Source of the DNA: Schmidtea polychroa
Taxonomy: Eukaryota
Direction: 5' to 3'
Length of the DNA: 64,000 nucleotides
Assembly (NCBI GenBank): GCA_044892525.1
Contig: CM097885.1
Coordinates: forward strand, 42,286,001-42,350,000
The translations under genes and the position numbers were made by a program. Every line of letters starts with the position of its first letter. Position 1 is the stretch's first letter. This document shows, in pieces, positions 1 to 14,121 of this stretch. The notes under the pieces were generated by a model. It searched no databases. It saw only the letters and a program-made list of their open reading frames with translations, and had not been told where the DNA came from.

Positions 1-1719
1 ACTAAAAATACTCAAAAATACTATATTATTTTACTGAATGATACCTTAAATGTTTTTAATATACATATTTCTAAAATAAATCAACAGTTCAAACCAACAA
101 CATGTATGGATGACCACCCATTGGTAATTTATTTCCAGTGTCACGTCCCTCAAAAATACCGTGAGTGTTTTAACAAAACTGAGCTCAAAGAAACTTTCCA
201 GATAACAACTCACCTGAATGTTTTGAACAAAAATGAGCGAAATTGAGAACAAACGATTAGATGGCGATTAACTTCTGGCCACAACCCTAACAACATGAAA
301 ATTAAGATTTTAATTATTGAATTCGTTGTTTTCTGCCTGGAAATACTAACAGAATATTTTTTAATTCAAAGAATCTTCATTATAAATATTTGAATTTAAA
401 AAATTAAATGAAGGATATATTAAATTTACAATACATAATATTATAATATTATAATATTATATAAAATTATATAAAATTATACTATATAATAATATTAATG
501 TTTAAATATGCTTAAATAACTAAAGTGTTTAAATATGTTTAAATAACTAAATTTAAATTATTTAAATATAATTCTGATATAACGTTATTTCTTTCGTTTT
601 AGTATCCATAAAGTAAGTAAATAAAGAATTTACTAAAATATTTTAATTATTTTACTTAGTAATGAAGAAAATGAATTATATAATTATGAAGAAGATGAAC
701 AAAATGGTGAAACACTAAATGACTTATGTTCTGGATTTAGAGATTTCTTATTAAAACATGAATTATAGAAGAAAATGAACCAGACAAAATGGTGAAACAT
801 TGCTATGTTCGGGATTTCTTAAATGAATTAGCTGATTGTGGGTGTCCTTCAACATGAATTATCAGACTTAAATTATGTAAACTTTCAACGAATGTCAAGA
901 AAAATGGGAAAAAACCGATGTTTTATCAATTAAGTAAAGTACTACCTGAAGAATATTATTATTAATGTAAGACATGAATTAATTCTTTAAAATATATATA
1001 TTATATTTAGGTATCTGTGTTTTATGGTGGGAAATGACATTGAAAAGTATACCACAAATAACAGTTGCCTAATTTATCAAGCCTCTGACGATAAAATGAT
1101 AAATAACATCTGTAAGTTAATGGCTTTTAAATTTTAGCAATGATAGTTGACACCGCATCAGAAACTAAGAAATACGTCCAATTTGCAAGATGTATTCCAA
1201 ATGGCCTGATGGAGATGATAATTTTGAGATAGATTACCAGCAGAAGAGCGAGAAAAATTTGTAAATTAAATATAATAGGGTTGGGTGGGTCCTCTTTATC
1301 CCTTAATTAATATATATTTACAAGCTGATCGTCGTGGTGGGCGGTTGTAATCTAACTAGTGGGAGGCCTCTGTAAATATATATTTGTGTTAGTGAAAACA
1401 TTAATTAATTTGGTTATAGTGCCAATGACGCATGTATTTTGAAATTATACGTTTCGAATGTGCTGGTAGTTGACTACCCATGCTAGGCGTAATGTTCCTT
1501 ACGGAAAGCTATAATGCCCAGGTTCTTCTGACCCCACTTGGGGGAGGCCCAGACGACCCTTGTGGACGCGAACAAATATCCACCGTGTCTTTCAGGCACA
1601 GATATTTGGTCACTGCTCATTAGGCCTGGCAATACTAAATGCATAAACTTTGCCTTGTCCTCTCTTGTCTTGATTTTTATCGTTTAAATAGTGTGTGTGA
1701 TAAGTTTTATTTACTAACC

Positions 1720-2117
1720 CTAATTAATATACCCTTGCGATATGTTGAGTGTGAGTAGTACCTTTGTGAGCAATACCCATAGGGGGACAGAATATTTTGT
1801 CGGATAGACTAGGAGTATATACACCCATGTTAAACAAGGTATGTGTATATAGAATGTGTGTGTGTAAAATTATTGTCAACTTCCCGTGAAGGCAAACACA
1901 GAATATTGCAAACATATAATAATTCTCTACCCCATAACTTAGTGTGTAAAAGTTATTTTAGGTTTTTGACTAATTATAATAATAATAATAATAATAATAA
2001 AGTTTAATGGGTTGTATAAAAAATATTTAGGTTTTCACTAATATTGATAATAATAATTGTTAATGGGTTGTGTGTGTGTATGTGTAAAAATATTTTATGT
2101 TTTTGACTAATATTTGC

Positions 2118-2169
<52 letters not shown>

Positions 2170-2782
2170 TGAAATTGTATTTGAAAATAATTTGCGACAT
2201 GTTGATTGTGAGTAGTACCTTTGTGACCATTACCCTTAGGGGGTCAGAATATCTTGTCGGATAGATTATATATATAATAATAATCATAATAATAATAATA
2301 ATAATAATAATAAAGTTTAATGGGTTGTGTGTGTGTGTAAAAAATATTTGAGGTTTTCACGAATATTGATAATAATAATGGTTTATGAGTGTTTTTATGT
2401 TTTTGACTAATATTTGCAATAATAATCGTTAATGGGTTGTGTGTGTGTGTGTGTAAAAAATATTTTAGGTTTTCACTAATATTGATAATAATAATTGTTA
2501 ATGGGTTGTGTGAGTGTAAATAATATTTTAGGTTTTTGACTAATATTTGCAATAATAATAATAATAATAAGTTTAATGAGTTGTATGTGTGTGTGTAAAA
2601 ATATTTTAGGTTTTTAATATTGATAATAATAATAATAATGGTTAATGGGTTGTGTGTGTGTAAAAAATATTTTAGGTTTTCACTAATATTGATAATAATA
2701 ATTGTTAATGGGTTGTGTGAGTGTAAATAATATTTTAGGTTTTTGACTAATATTTGCAATAATAATAATAATAATAATAAGT

Positions 2783-2823
<41 letters not shown>

Positions 2824-3185
2824 TCCCGCGCGTGTTAATACTTTAAAAGAAAATATTGAAAATTTAAAAAATAATAATATTTATGCAAAGCATGTGCAAT
2901 AATTATGTCTTTGTTAATTAAGTAAACTTTAGTGTCAAAATAAGTTTTTAAAATATTTTTAAATTTAAAATACCGCAACTTAATATATTTTTGTTCTACC
3001 CCTTCATTGATTTAAGTTGGTCAGAATTTAATAATAATTATATTATACCCTTTGAGACATGTTGAGTGTGAGTAGTACACCTTTGACCATTACCCATATG
3101 AGCAATACCCATAAAGGGATAGAATATTTTGTCGGATGGATTAAGAGTATATATGATAATAATATTCCCCGTGCGCGTAATAATA

Positions 3186-3227
<42 letters not shown>

Positions 3228-3344
3228 TTACGACATATTGAGTGTGAGCAGTACCCTTGTGACTTGTTGAATGTGAGTAGTACATTTGTGAGCAGTACCC
3301 ATAGGGGGACAGAATATCTTGTCGGATAGACTAGGAGTATATAT

Positions 3345-3425
<81 letters not shown>

Positions 3426-3456
3426 CATAATAATAATAATAATAATAATAATAATC

Positions 3457-3518
<62 letters not shown>

Positions 3519-4776
3519 TAAAATAATAATAATAATAATAATAAAACTTAGAAACTAAAAACTTAGAAAATAATAATTATTTTAATAAATGACCTTGAAA
3601 AATTAAATGACCTTGAAAATTAAATGACCTTGAAAATTAAATGACCTTGTAAAATTAAATGACCTTGAAAATAAAATGATTACTTAATTAAAACAAAAAA
3701 TTAAATTAAAAAAATGACCTTGATGAGTCATCGTGATGAGTCATATGACCTTGGGAATGACCTTGATGAGTCACGCGACCTTGAAATGTCCTTGATGAGT
3801 CATGGCCTTTGTTTAAAATTTGACCTTGACCTTTTTTCTTTTTTTTTTTAAAGATTTGACCTTGACCTTGAAAATAATATTTTGAATAATAATAATAATT
3901 TAACGTTGAAAAGATGGCGGTCATCAATTGTTAATAACTTTGTCAATAATAATGATGATGATACCTTCTATGAATCAATCGAAAGGTCTTGCATTGGGCT
4001 TTAAAATGAGCTATCGTTGAATAATTATCGTTGTCGGGAACTCTGTACATTTAAATTTTAAAATATGACCTTGAAAAAATAAATGACCTTGAAAAAATAA
4101 ATGACCTTGAAAAAATAAATGACCTTGAAAAAATAAATGACCTTGAAAAAATAAATGACCTTGAAAAAATAAATGACCTTGAAAAAATAAATGACCTTGA
4201 AAAAATAAATGACCTTGAAAAAATAAATGACCTTGACCTTGACCTTGAAAATAATATTTTGAAAAATAAATGACCTTGAAAAATGGTCTCGGTAAAACTT
4301 TAATAACTTTGCCGATGTTAATGATGATGATACCTTCTATGGCTCAATTGAAAGGTCTTAGACTACGCTTCAAAATAAGCTATCGATTAATAAATTCGGA
4401 TAATGGGAACATTAATTTTTGGGATGAGAAAAAGTATGTCCCCGCCCGGCCAATTAATAATATTTTGAATAATAATAATAATTTAACGTTGAAAAGATGG
4501 TGGTCATCAATTGTTAATAACTTTGTCAATATTAATGATGATGATACCTTCTATGGATCAATCGAAAGGTCTTGGACTGAGCTTTAAGATGAGGTATCGT
4601 CCAATAAAATCCGTTGGTGGGAACATTAATTTTTGGGATGAAAAAAAGTGTGAGCCCGCCAGACCAATTAATTAAAACAAAAAATTAAAAAAAAAAAATT
4701 TTTTTTTTCCCGGGGGGGGGAGGGGGTATATGTGGCGCGGGGAGCTCCTGATCTGGATGGCCCACATCCTACTACT
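1720..4776. mobile_element. Right arm/TIR of another Maverick, ending CATCCTACTACT
   Basis: Shares blocks with the complete element's TIR (ACCCATAGGGGGACA.AATATTTTGTCGGATAGACT, (TAA)n, TGACCTTGA/TGAGTCA arrays, poly-G near the tip). ACTACT terminus at 4776. Confidence 0.75.
4066..4282. repeat. 18-bp tandem repeat AAATGACCTTGAAAAAAT
   Basis: About ten near-perfect copies, each containing TGACCTTGA. Confidence 0.9.
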
Positions 4777-4999
4777 ATACTTATTCACATAAAACACATA
4801 AAGTTAAAAGTAAGAATATTATTTTTAAAAGCACACTTGTAAGTTATATAGATTTAATATTTTATGAAAAAAAGGTTGATGTTGATGAAGTTCGTAAAGC
4901 GTTGGTAGAATTGTATAAAGATATTCTCTCAACACGAACCTCTTATAATATGCGAGCGTTGGTACCAGATAATAAAGTCTTATTTTTTTAATTATTAAA

Positions 5000-5533
5000 A
5001 TGGAAGTACAATATCCAAAGGTTCCATCAGCTCCTACAGAACTTGAAGTCATGAGAGTGAAAGAATTTAAATCAGAAACTTTACATTTACAAGACTTGTT
5101 GAAGCATTATAAAAAAATTAAAAAAAGATGGAATAAAGGGAATACAGCTTTAAAGATTATAGGTTACTCCTTAGGATTTACATCTGCAATACTTACAATT
5201 GTTTTACCTATAACTTTACCAGTTGTTACTCTTGCACCCGTAATACTTGGAAGTATTTCTGTTGCAGATTCTTTCTTGACTGAAATACTTTCTTTATCTT
5301 ATACTTCAAAAAAGAAAAGTTTATATCGTGAAGTTTGTCTGACAATAGACTTGGGAATATCAAAATTATTTTTATTTCAATTGAAAGCTTTGGAAGATGG
5401 AATCCTAACAGATGAAGAAATAATGAAATCAAATCAAATAATAAGGGATATTAAAAATGAAGTTATAAAGTTGAAAACTAATGAATATTCTAAAAAAATA
5501 CAACGAGAGAAATGGTTAAAGACTTCGACGTAA
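5000..5533 (+). CDS. Maverick-associated membrane protein (two hydrophobic segments, KALEDG..TDEE motif)
   Basis: Hydrophobic hairpin ALKIIGYSLGFTSAILTIVLP..VILGSISVA followed by KALEDGILTDEEI, resembling Polinton accessory membrane proteins. Confidence 0.55.
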   Translation: MEVQYPKVPSAPTELEVMRVKEFKSETLHLQDLLKHYKKIKKRWNKGNTALKIIGYSLGFTSAILTIVLPITLPVVTLAPVILGSISVADSFLTEILSLSYTSKKKSLYREVCLTIDLGISKLFLFQLKALEDGILTDEEIMKSNQIIRDIKNEVIKLKTNEYSKKIQREKWLKTST

Positions 5534-5777
5534 CTTCGTAAGACTATATAATTTTTAATTTAAAAATGGAAGAAATAATGAAATCTAGGTTGAATGATTT
5601 TAGAAGTTTATCATTAGAGGATAAAATTAGAATAGGTGAAAAGTGTTACATCTTTTATCTTGTAAGAATTAATGACTGTGATTATTTAAATAAAATAACT
5701 AAATTTCAATCTTTATCTCCTCAAGAACAAATAATGAGAGGTGAATATTATTTTGCTTTATTTCCTCAACTATAAAA

Positions 5778-5969
5778 ATGGATGTCTTTATAAAAAAAAT
5801 TGAACAGCTTTCAATAATTGATCCTTTAATATTAAATAAGATTCAACAAAAAGAGAAGGCTTTTGAATTTGCTAGAATAAAGAGTGAAAACCCTACTTTT
5901 TCTCAGACTCAAATTTGTAAAATGATTGGTACTTCAGACTCGACGATGAGAAGAATTAGAAAAGATTAG
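5778..5969 (+). CDS. Small helix-turn-helix protein (probably truncated)
   Basis: ENPTFSQTQICKMIGTSDSTMRRIRKD fits an HTH pattern; one of a tightly packed run of ORFs (5566-5775, 5778-5969, 6195-6461). Confidence 0.55.
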   Translation: MDVFIKKIEQLSIIDPLILNKIQQKEKAFEFARIKSENPTFSQTQICKMIGTSDSTMRRIRKD

Positions 5970-6641
5970 AAAAAAGGCATACAGGTAAGAGAAAAAGGGT
6001 GTTTATTGTAATGATTGTTCAACTAATGTACTTCAACAAAATCATAACTGCATCAAGTCTAAGAAATATAAAAGGCAAAAGAAAGATCCTTTAGCCTCCG
6101 GGATAGAAGTCTCTACGACTGAAGATGTTGAAGATATTTTAGATCAACAGCCTTTGACTTCCGGACCCCAGACCTTGTTATTTAGCAAATATAAATGAAT
6201 GAACGTGTTTTAAACTTGATAAAAAGCAATCCTATTATTAAAAAGGAATCAAGTCTTGCATTAAAAGAATATAATGAGAAATCTTCAGAGGATAAAGCCC
6301 TGCAAGCTGCACAACTTGCTATTCGAGAGCCTGTATTACTTTGGATTATAAATGATCTTGAGGTTCAGTTGATGAAAATATCTAAAGAGATTAAAGCCAG
6401 AAAGACTTCAACCAAGGTAGAGCAAGAGAAAATAAAAGAGCAAATAAAAAAGATGTTATAAATATAAAAGAAAAAAGTTTTATTATTGAAACAGATGGTT
6501 TATTTTTTAATTTATGCAAAACTTTAATAATATCAATTAATAATATCTTGTCGTCAGTTAAAGACTTTAAGTTTTCAAGTATTGATTTTTCAGTCATTTT
6601 TAAGATTCCAGAATGACTTTCAGAATGACTTTCAGAGACTT

Positions 6642-9600
6642 TCAGTCATTGATGGCTGATAATCTTTGAATCTCTAATCTATGAGATTCAAATTCTTCTT
6701 CTGGTGGATTAGTATTTAAATACTTGACGTCTATGGTTATAGAGTCTAAAATATTTCGAGTTTCTGGGTAGAGTATTTGAACTTGATACAGTTGAAGGTC
6801 TGTTATGTTTGTATGATATAAATCATTCAAGACTTTTAAATTTTTTATATGTGGAATCATATCATTTCCAATTGGAAGTGTCTTTTTTAAATCTGATAAA
6901 ATATACCTCTTATCATCATAATTTGATAATGATATTTTATTTGATTCTTCTAAATACATGTTATGCTTTTCAGATTTAAGTTGATGAACCTCAACTATTT
7001 TATCTGGTTGATTTTTATTTAGAATATCCTTATAGTCTTGATGGGGTATAGTTCTAGAAACTGCTTTCTGTATACCTTTATTTTTATTATCTTTAGATGT
7101 TACAAGTTTTAATACTGGTATATCAAATGTATAGTCTATATCCCCGATCCTAATTGAATGGGTTTCAGTCTTTGGGGCTTCAATCATTTCTAGTGAATAT
7201 TGTTTAGATCTAATAAATACAGCTTCAATTATTGGTGTATTAGGTTTTTCATCTTTAAAGGTGAATAATTCTCCAGATGAATTTATTAAATTCCTTAGGA
7301 TTTCATTTTCAGATATTTTCTCTTTTAGGTTTTTAGTATATATTTTTAAAAACATACTGTCGGTATCCATTGCATGCATTGATATTCTATTTTTAAAATG
7401 TGGTAGTAGAATATCATAATAGGTTTCATACATTTGAAGTTTAGATAATTCTAAAATGGTAAAACCTATAAAGATTGGTTTGTTATAAGTCTTTTCACTA
7501 TTTTTTAGTTCAACGGCTACAAGGTTCTCGGAGAATACTTCTGCATTTTTAAATGTAGGTTTTGAAAGCATTCGATTATACCTTGCAAAATCCTTTGAAC
7601 TATTTGTTAATAATTCTACACGAGTATATTTGTCAACATTTTCCATTGTCTTTCCAAAGACTGAATTATTTAAAAGTTTATAAATCATATCGAGGAAAGC
7701 GTTTCCATTTCTTTTTGCTTCATTCCTAGATTTAATATTTCCCTCTATAAAGGTTTTCATGAATGGAAGTTGTCTAAACTTTACTATAGAATGTATATTT
7801 TTTATTTTCATTCCATGAGAAAGATAAAATTGTAATAATCTATAATGACAAAGATACCAAGTTTTATCAGTTTGATCACATAAAAGTTTTGCAGTTGTAG
7901 GTCTATCTTGTTGGGGTGATAATTCATTAGAATCTACTTTTCTTTTCACTGGCGCAAATGGAAAGTATCTAGTTACATATTTTATATCATTAGGATATTC
8001 TAAATCACATTCTATTATATATCCCACTTCTGAATCTTTTTCAGTTGATAATATTTCATTCATAAGTTTTCTTAGGAGATCCTTTTCCTTGGGGATATCC
8101 ACCTGAATGAACTTATCAATTGGAAGGTATTGAGTCATTATTCCTGAATATAAAGCTGTTGCATCTATATACATAATCTCTGATGGATTTGATAATCCTT
8201 CCTTTATTAATTTTGAATCCTCTTCTGTTTTTATTTATATATAGTCTGCTTCAGGATTTTCACTAAAGAATTTCTTGTATAGAGATATAAAGTTGTTTGC
8301 AGTTATATTTCTATCTCCCATCACGGAGCTAACACCTCCACGAATATTTTCTTTAAGTACATTAAACATGTCGATTTCAGTTAAAAGTTCTATAGTCCGA
8401 GAGGACTCCGTTGTCCACATTGTATATAATAAAATATCCCAGGCTAAAGATGGAGATGTTATATAATTATAAGGCTTTAATTCAAATGCCTTACAAAATC
8501 CTTCAAAACAATCTGCAAGGATATAAACATCAAGGGATAAATACATGTCAGTATAATCCCCAATGTTTTTACATTTGAAAAGTTCCAACATTTTATTCCC
8601 TCGGGATATTCCTGATCGCTTATACCAGTTTGATTTAATATTGAAAAAAACAAGTCTTGAGGGGGTAAAGCGGTTTCATTATATCTATCAAATGAGTTGA
8701 TGTAATCATAAGGATAGACTCCTTTAGCCAAACAGGTTTTATATTCCTCCTGGGGAATATTATTTTTTACTAATACTTTTTCAATTGTATGGGTGAAGTC
8801 TTCAGGTTTCATGGTTTTTGCTATTCCATCCAAGGACATTGATAGAAAGTTTAATGAATCTATAAACTTTAGTCGTCCATATTGAACACATTTATATTTT
8901 TCTTTTGTCAGTCCTATGACTTTAAAAGAGTTTTTGGCATTTACAGCTAGACGTTTTATAAATAGGTGGATGTCATAACCAAAAAGATTGTGAAATATAA
9001 CTGGTACAAATGCAGGTCTTTTACAATTTATATTACAGTTTTTATGGGCTGCTCATCTATAATTATTTTCTTTTTTAAAGTGGTCATGGTCAGGGACTTT
9101 TATGTTTTGATGAAATAATCTTTGTTCCTCTTCCTCAATAGACTCAGGAAGACCTTCAGGATTCAAAGATTCAAGCTCTTCAAATGGCTGTTTGCACATC
9201 CAGCAAGTTGTGCAATTTTTATATTCTTCCCATTGTTGTTCTGAAAAGTTTATTGGGAAGTTTGTTTTTAATATTTTAAAACGTTTATGTTCTAAATCAT
9301 TTATGTCTTTAGTAAAATGATTTAGAGTTTCTTCTTCTGAGGATCCTCTAAATGAAAATTCTTCTGATTTAATGAGGTCAGGATAATTACTTTTAAAAAA
9401 TAATTTATAGGTTGAAGCCACCTGTTTTGTCAGTTTTACTGTATAGGATTTATTATTTAATTTTAAAAAGTTTTTCATGGAGATTCCTTCAGTCCTTTGG
9501 TTCCAAGAGTTTAATAGATTATTTTTTTCTATTATTTTTAAATATTCTTGGTCTAAATCCTGTTTTATATTTATGGCTTCAAAGTCTCCATATATTACAC

Positions 9601-11041
9601 CTAAAGATTGTAACAGGTTTGAAAAGTTTTTAAAATGCATGTTAGATTTTTCCTTGCTCGGCATTTTAATTAATGCTGGCAAGTTCTTACAACATAATCT
9701 TTCATGTTTAAATGCTGCAATGTCTGAAGCTGAATAATATAAACACCGTTTACATGTTGTTCCACCACTGTGGTGATTTTTCGATCTCATAAAGCTTTGA
9801 AAGTTTTTTATTAGAATATAATGTTGTTTCCCCTCATCTTCCTCTTCAAGGTCTTCTTCTTGATCGTCTTCAATATTTAAATATTGTTCTTCCTCATCCT
9901 GATCATCATATTCCTTATAGACTTGTTCTCTTTTATGTTCTTGTAATATTAAAAGATATATTTCTCTATTTCTATCTTGTTCTGATAATTCTCTATCTGA
10001 AACATGGATAGGAATAATATGTTTCCTATCCCCCACCTGGCAAATGTATTCATAAATGTTAAGTTTAATATTATTTAATTTTTCAAAATTTGGAATGTAT
10101 TCAATCTTCATTGGGTGTTCAAATCCTTTTGGATATATTAATTCATTTTCATATTGCTTATATTTTGCAGGTCTTTCTTTATGATTTTCTTGAGGATGTA
10201 AGTGTGCAAGGATTGACCATTGAAAACATTTATTATCCTTATTTCGAACATTTATAATATGAATAGAAGTAAAGGGTGTAGGGATATATGATTTAGGATT
10301 TGGAGGTGCTCCTCTCCAATTTTAGGTTTGACTCTCCTAATTCTTGTTCAACCACTCTATGCTCATCTGCAACTTTATAAATAATATCTTTAATTTTTTT
10401 ATTAAATCCTTCGGTTGAGAATAAATGATCATAAGATGTTTCAATTATAGCATCCAAGGGTGTTGTGTTTACATCTTCTCCTCTCCAATATCTTGAATGG
10501 ATTCTAATTTTATATTTAATAATATTAAATCTTGATTTACCAAATTTTTTTATAGCATCTTCCATTGATTTTTTTATGTTTTTTTTATTTTTATTTATAT
10601 ACTCTAAAGATGAAGAGGATATAAATGTTTGTTCAAATTTATCTACATGGTTAAAGTTGTCCCAATTATATTTTTCTTTTTCAATTTCTTCTTCTTCATA
10701 TTTTTCTTCTTCTTCTCTAACTTTTATATCTTCTTCTTCAAGGTCTTCAGGATCTCTTTTAACAATAGCACATTCTTTTAAATGTTTTAAATAATAAGAT
10801 TCTGTGGTGAATTTTGATCTACATATAGGACATTCAAATTTTTTCTATTTCTTTTATTCCCAATACAGTTTTTAAAATATTTATCATATCCTAAAAGTAA
10901 ATATCTTTCTTTACATTTAGAACAAAGTTTTGAGTTTGAATCATTTAGTCCAACTGTCTTTAATAAATGCTCTTTAGATTTTTCATGTGATATTAATGCT
11001 GTTCTATTTTTAAATCTTTTATTACACATGTTACAATTCAT
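6642..11041 (-). pseudogene. Frameshifted pPolB of a divergent Maverick lineage, with N-terminal C2H2-like zinc fingers
   Basis: Consecutive fragments: CNMCNKRF..H..H, KCFQWSILA, IYGDFE, DHDH, FHNL.GYD, KGVYPY, IRGG, YIDAT.LY, KLLNNSVFGK, MDTDS. Broken by frameshifts. Confidence 0.92.
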
Positions 11042-11122
11042 TTTTTTAAAAAATTTTTTTATTGGGTATAGCAAATTGCGCCGTTTGCTAGTTTTTAAGA
11101 TTTAAAATTTTTATGTTTTACA

Positions 11123-11343
11123 AGTAGTGGACGTATGGCCTTCACGGCGTAAACCTGGATCCGGGATTCCTATCAGGAGATTAAGAAGCTGGACGGCCAG
11201 GGGATGAAGGATTTGGCTTGGTAAATTAGGGGTTTTTATGAATAAAAGATGTAAAAATAAAGGGTTAAAAAGATGGAAATGTTTAGTTTTTAAGCTGGAC
11301 GGCCAGGGGAGGTTGGAGCCGTGAAGGCCATACGTCCACTACT
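11123..11343. repeat. 26-bp perfect inverted repeat with AGTAGT/ACTACT ends around a 221-bp unit
   Basis: AGTAGTGGACGTATGGCCTTCACGGC at 11123 and its reverse complement ending 11343. Internal direct repeat AAGCTGGACGGCCAGGGGA. Confidence 0.9.
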
Positions 11344-11399
11344 AATGTCTTTGTTCCAACGAAGACCTACTTTTGGTAATGCAACAAGTTAGTGATCCC

Positions 11400-11531
11400 A
11401 TCATTCGATTTTATTAATCGATAGCTTATTTTAAAGCCTAGTGCAATATGAATATAAATATTATTATCATTATTATACACGGGGGGGGGTTCCAGCGGTG
11501 ACCTGTTTTCGCGGTGACCAATCCATCTACT
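11400..11531. mobile_element. Short remnant of a further Maverick right end (...GGTGACCAATCCATCTACT)
   Basis: Poly-G, then GCGGTGACC twice and CAATCCATCTACT, closely resembling the 35101-35159 tip. ATCGATAGCT.ATTTTAAAGC block as in the TIRs. Confidence 0.75.
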
Positions 11532-11654
11532 CTACTGTTTTTTCTCTTTTTTGTCGCTTTTAACAGGTCCAATCTGGATTTAAGTGTAACAATGTATAGG
11601 CAGAATTTAATTTTCTACAAAAGGGTGCAATTACAATTTCAGTTTGTTTCTTTG

Positions 11655-12250
11655 TCTGTAATACACACATGCTTTTTCAATAAATTTGTATTTTTCCGCG
11701 TGGTTAACGTAATTTTCTTGGATTTTTATTGATATATTATATAGATAAAATTTAATTTTCTATAAAATAGCTTGATTAAAATTTATGTATCTTGTTTTGT
11801 GTGTAATACACACATGTTTTTACAATAAATTTGTATTTTTCATACATTTAACATAATTTTCTTAGGATTTTATTCATATAATATATAGATAAAATTTAAT
11901 TTTCTATAAAATAGCTTGATTAAAATTTATGTATCTTGTTTTGTGTGTAATACACACATGTTTTTACAAGAAATTTGTATTTTTCATACATTTAACATAA
12001 TTTTCTTAGGATTTTATTCATATAATATATAGATAAAATTTAATTTTCTATAAAATAGCTTGATTAAAATTTATGTATCTTGTTTTGTGTGTAATACACA
12101 CATGTTTTTACAAGAAATTTGTATTTTTCATACATTTAACGTAGTTTTCTTGAAATTTTATTCATATAATATATAGATAAAATTTAATTTTCTATAATTA
12201 TAATTGGTTAAAAACTATGTATCTTGTTTTATGTATAATACACACATGTT
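11655..12250. repeat. ~144-bp tandem repeat, four units
   Basis: TAATACACACATG recurs near 11660, 11805, 11948, 12093 and 12237 with near-identical intervening sequence. Confidence 0.9.
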
Positions 12251-12308
12251 TCCCTGATTTTTTTTTAATATTAATATTATTTTTAATATTTTTTTTTAAA
12301 TAATAATA

Positions 12309-12359
<51 letters not shown>

Positions 12360-12420
12360 AAGAATAAAAAAAAATAATAATAATGGTAATAATAATAATA
12401 ATTATTATTATTATAATAAT

Positions 12421-12472
<52 letters not shown>

Positions 12473-12629
12473 TTAAATAAAATAAAATAAAATAAAATAA
12501 AATAAAAAAATAATAATAATAATAATAGTAATTATAATAATAATAACAATAATAATAATAATAATATAAATAAATAAAATAATAATAATAATAATAATAA
12601 CAATAATAATAATAATAATAATAATAATG

Positions 12630-12666
<37 letters not shown>

Positions 12667-12671
12667 TAATG

Positions 12672-12740
<69 letters not shown>

Positions 12741-12780
12741 TTAATAATATTAATAATAATAAAATAATATAAAAAATAAA

Positions 12781-12844
<64 letters not shown>

Positions 12845-13125
12845 GTAATAATAATTTGTAAATAAAATAAGATTTTGAAGAAAATAATCATGAAATTAAT
12901 GCAAATTATGAAAATTTTAAATAAATCAACTTTAATGTCAAAATGTGTTTTTAAAATATATTTAAATTTTAAAATACCGCAACGTAATGTATTTTGTCCT
13001 ATCCCTTCCTTGATTTTGATTGGACCGGAAAATATTCATTTTCTTTATAAACTGTTACAATTTTCAAAATCTTCACAATTATTTTTAAATTTTACAAATT
13101 TTCGACTAAAAAATTTCGATTAAAA

Positions 13126-14079
13126 ATGGACAGTGAATTAGATAATATTTTACGCGCCATGTTGGCAGGAGAAAACGGTAAATTATTTTAGTATTATTAT
13201 TATTATTTATTATTATTTTAGAGAATTTATGGTATGAAGTCACCGAGGCCGACAACTATAGTCAAGATCTGCCAATTATTAATAGTGCCGACGAAGATGT
13301 TTTATTAAGTAAGTTTATTTTTAAAAATTTAATTGAAATTAAAAATTGTTTAGTTGATCAAACAATTAATGATGGTGAAAATGATATTGAGGCCGATACT
13401 CAAGATATTATCATGGAATCAAAATGTTAGTTATATTTTTTTATTATTTTAAAAAATTGATTTAAAATTATGAAAATGTTCCTGAATATAATCATGAAAA
13501 TAATAAAAATAATAAAAATATTATTAAAAAATAATAATAAAAATACTGAAAATTATGAAAATGTTAAATAAGTCAACTTTAGCGTCAAAATGTGTTTTAA
13601 AATATATTGAAGTTTTAAAATACTGCAACGTAATGCATTTATTTTTCCTAACTCTTCCTTGATTTTGATTGGTCAGAATATATATATTTATTTTTCCTAC
13701 CCCTTCCTTGATTTTGATTGGTCAGAATTTAATCATGTGTAATATATAAGCAGTAACTTTTCAAATGTTTGTCATTTAAACTTTTAATTTAACTTATATA
13801 AGTGAATAATTTTTTATTCTCTATCTAATATTAATGATTATTTTCTTTTAGTGAACGGATGCAGTTTATATAAATTTTGTATTGCCGAAAGTCATGAAGA
13901 TGTGGAGAACTGTAAATCAGTTACATCATTATATTTCAAGATAAATGACTCTACCTTATCGGGTTACATATGTCCGGAATGTCTCATTATAACACCAGGT
14001 AGGTGGTTAATGTTTGTACGACAACACGGACACCATCTTAGAAGATTCGAAGAAACGAAGAGCAGGATGATCACTAAAA
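13126..14079 (+). CDS. Spliced acidic plus Cys/His gene of the older Maverick (exons 13126-13177, 13222-13308, 13354-13425, 13852-14079)
   Basis: All introns phase 1. Product MDSELDNILRAM..ENLWYEVTE..MESK-LNGCSLYKFC..H..C..ICPEC..HGHHLRRF, homologous to 21943-24325. Confidence 0.7.
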
Positions 14080-14121
14080 GTAATACTCTTTCTACTATTA
14101 ACAATTATTAATTTTTTATAG

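Noticed and set aside
1..1700. Short acidic or exon-like stretches at the window start
   Set aside because: Possibly decayed Maverick accessory genes, but no recognisable motif or consistent frame.
2060..3558. Poly-Ile/Leu/Tyr/Asn ORFs (also 12532-12891, 16164-16526, 17391-17645, 33783-34214)
   Set aside because: Translations of (TAA)n microsatellites, not genes.
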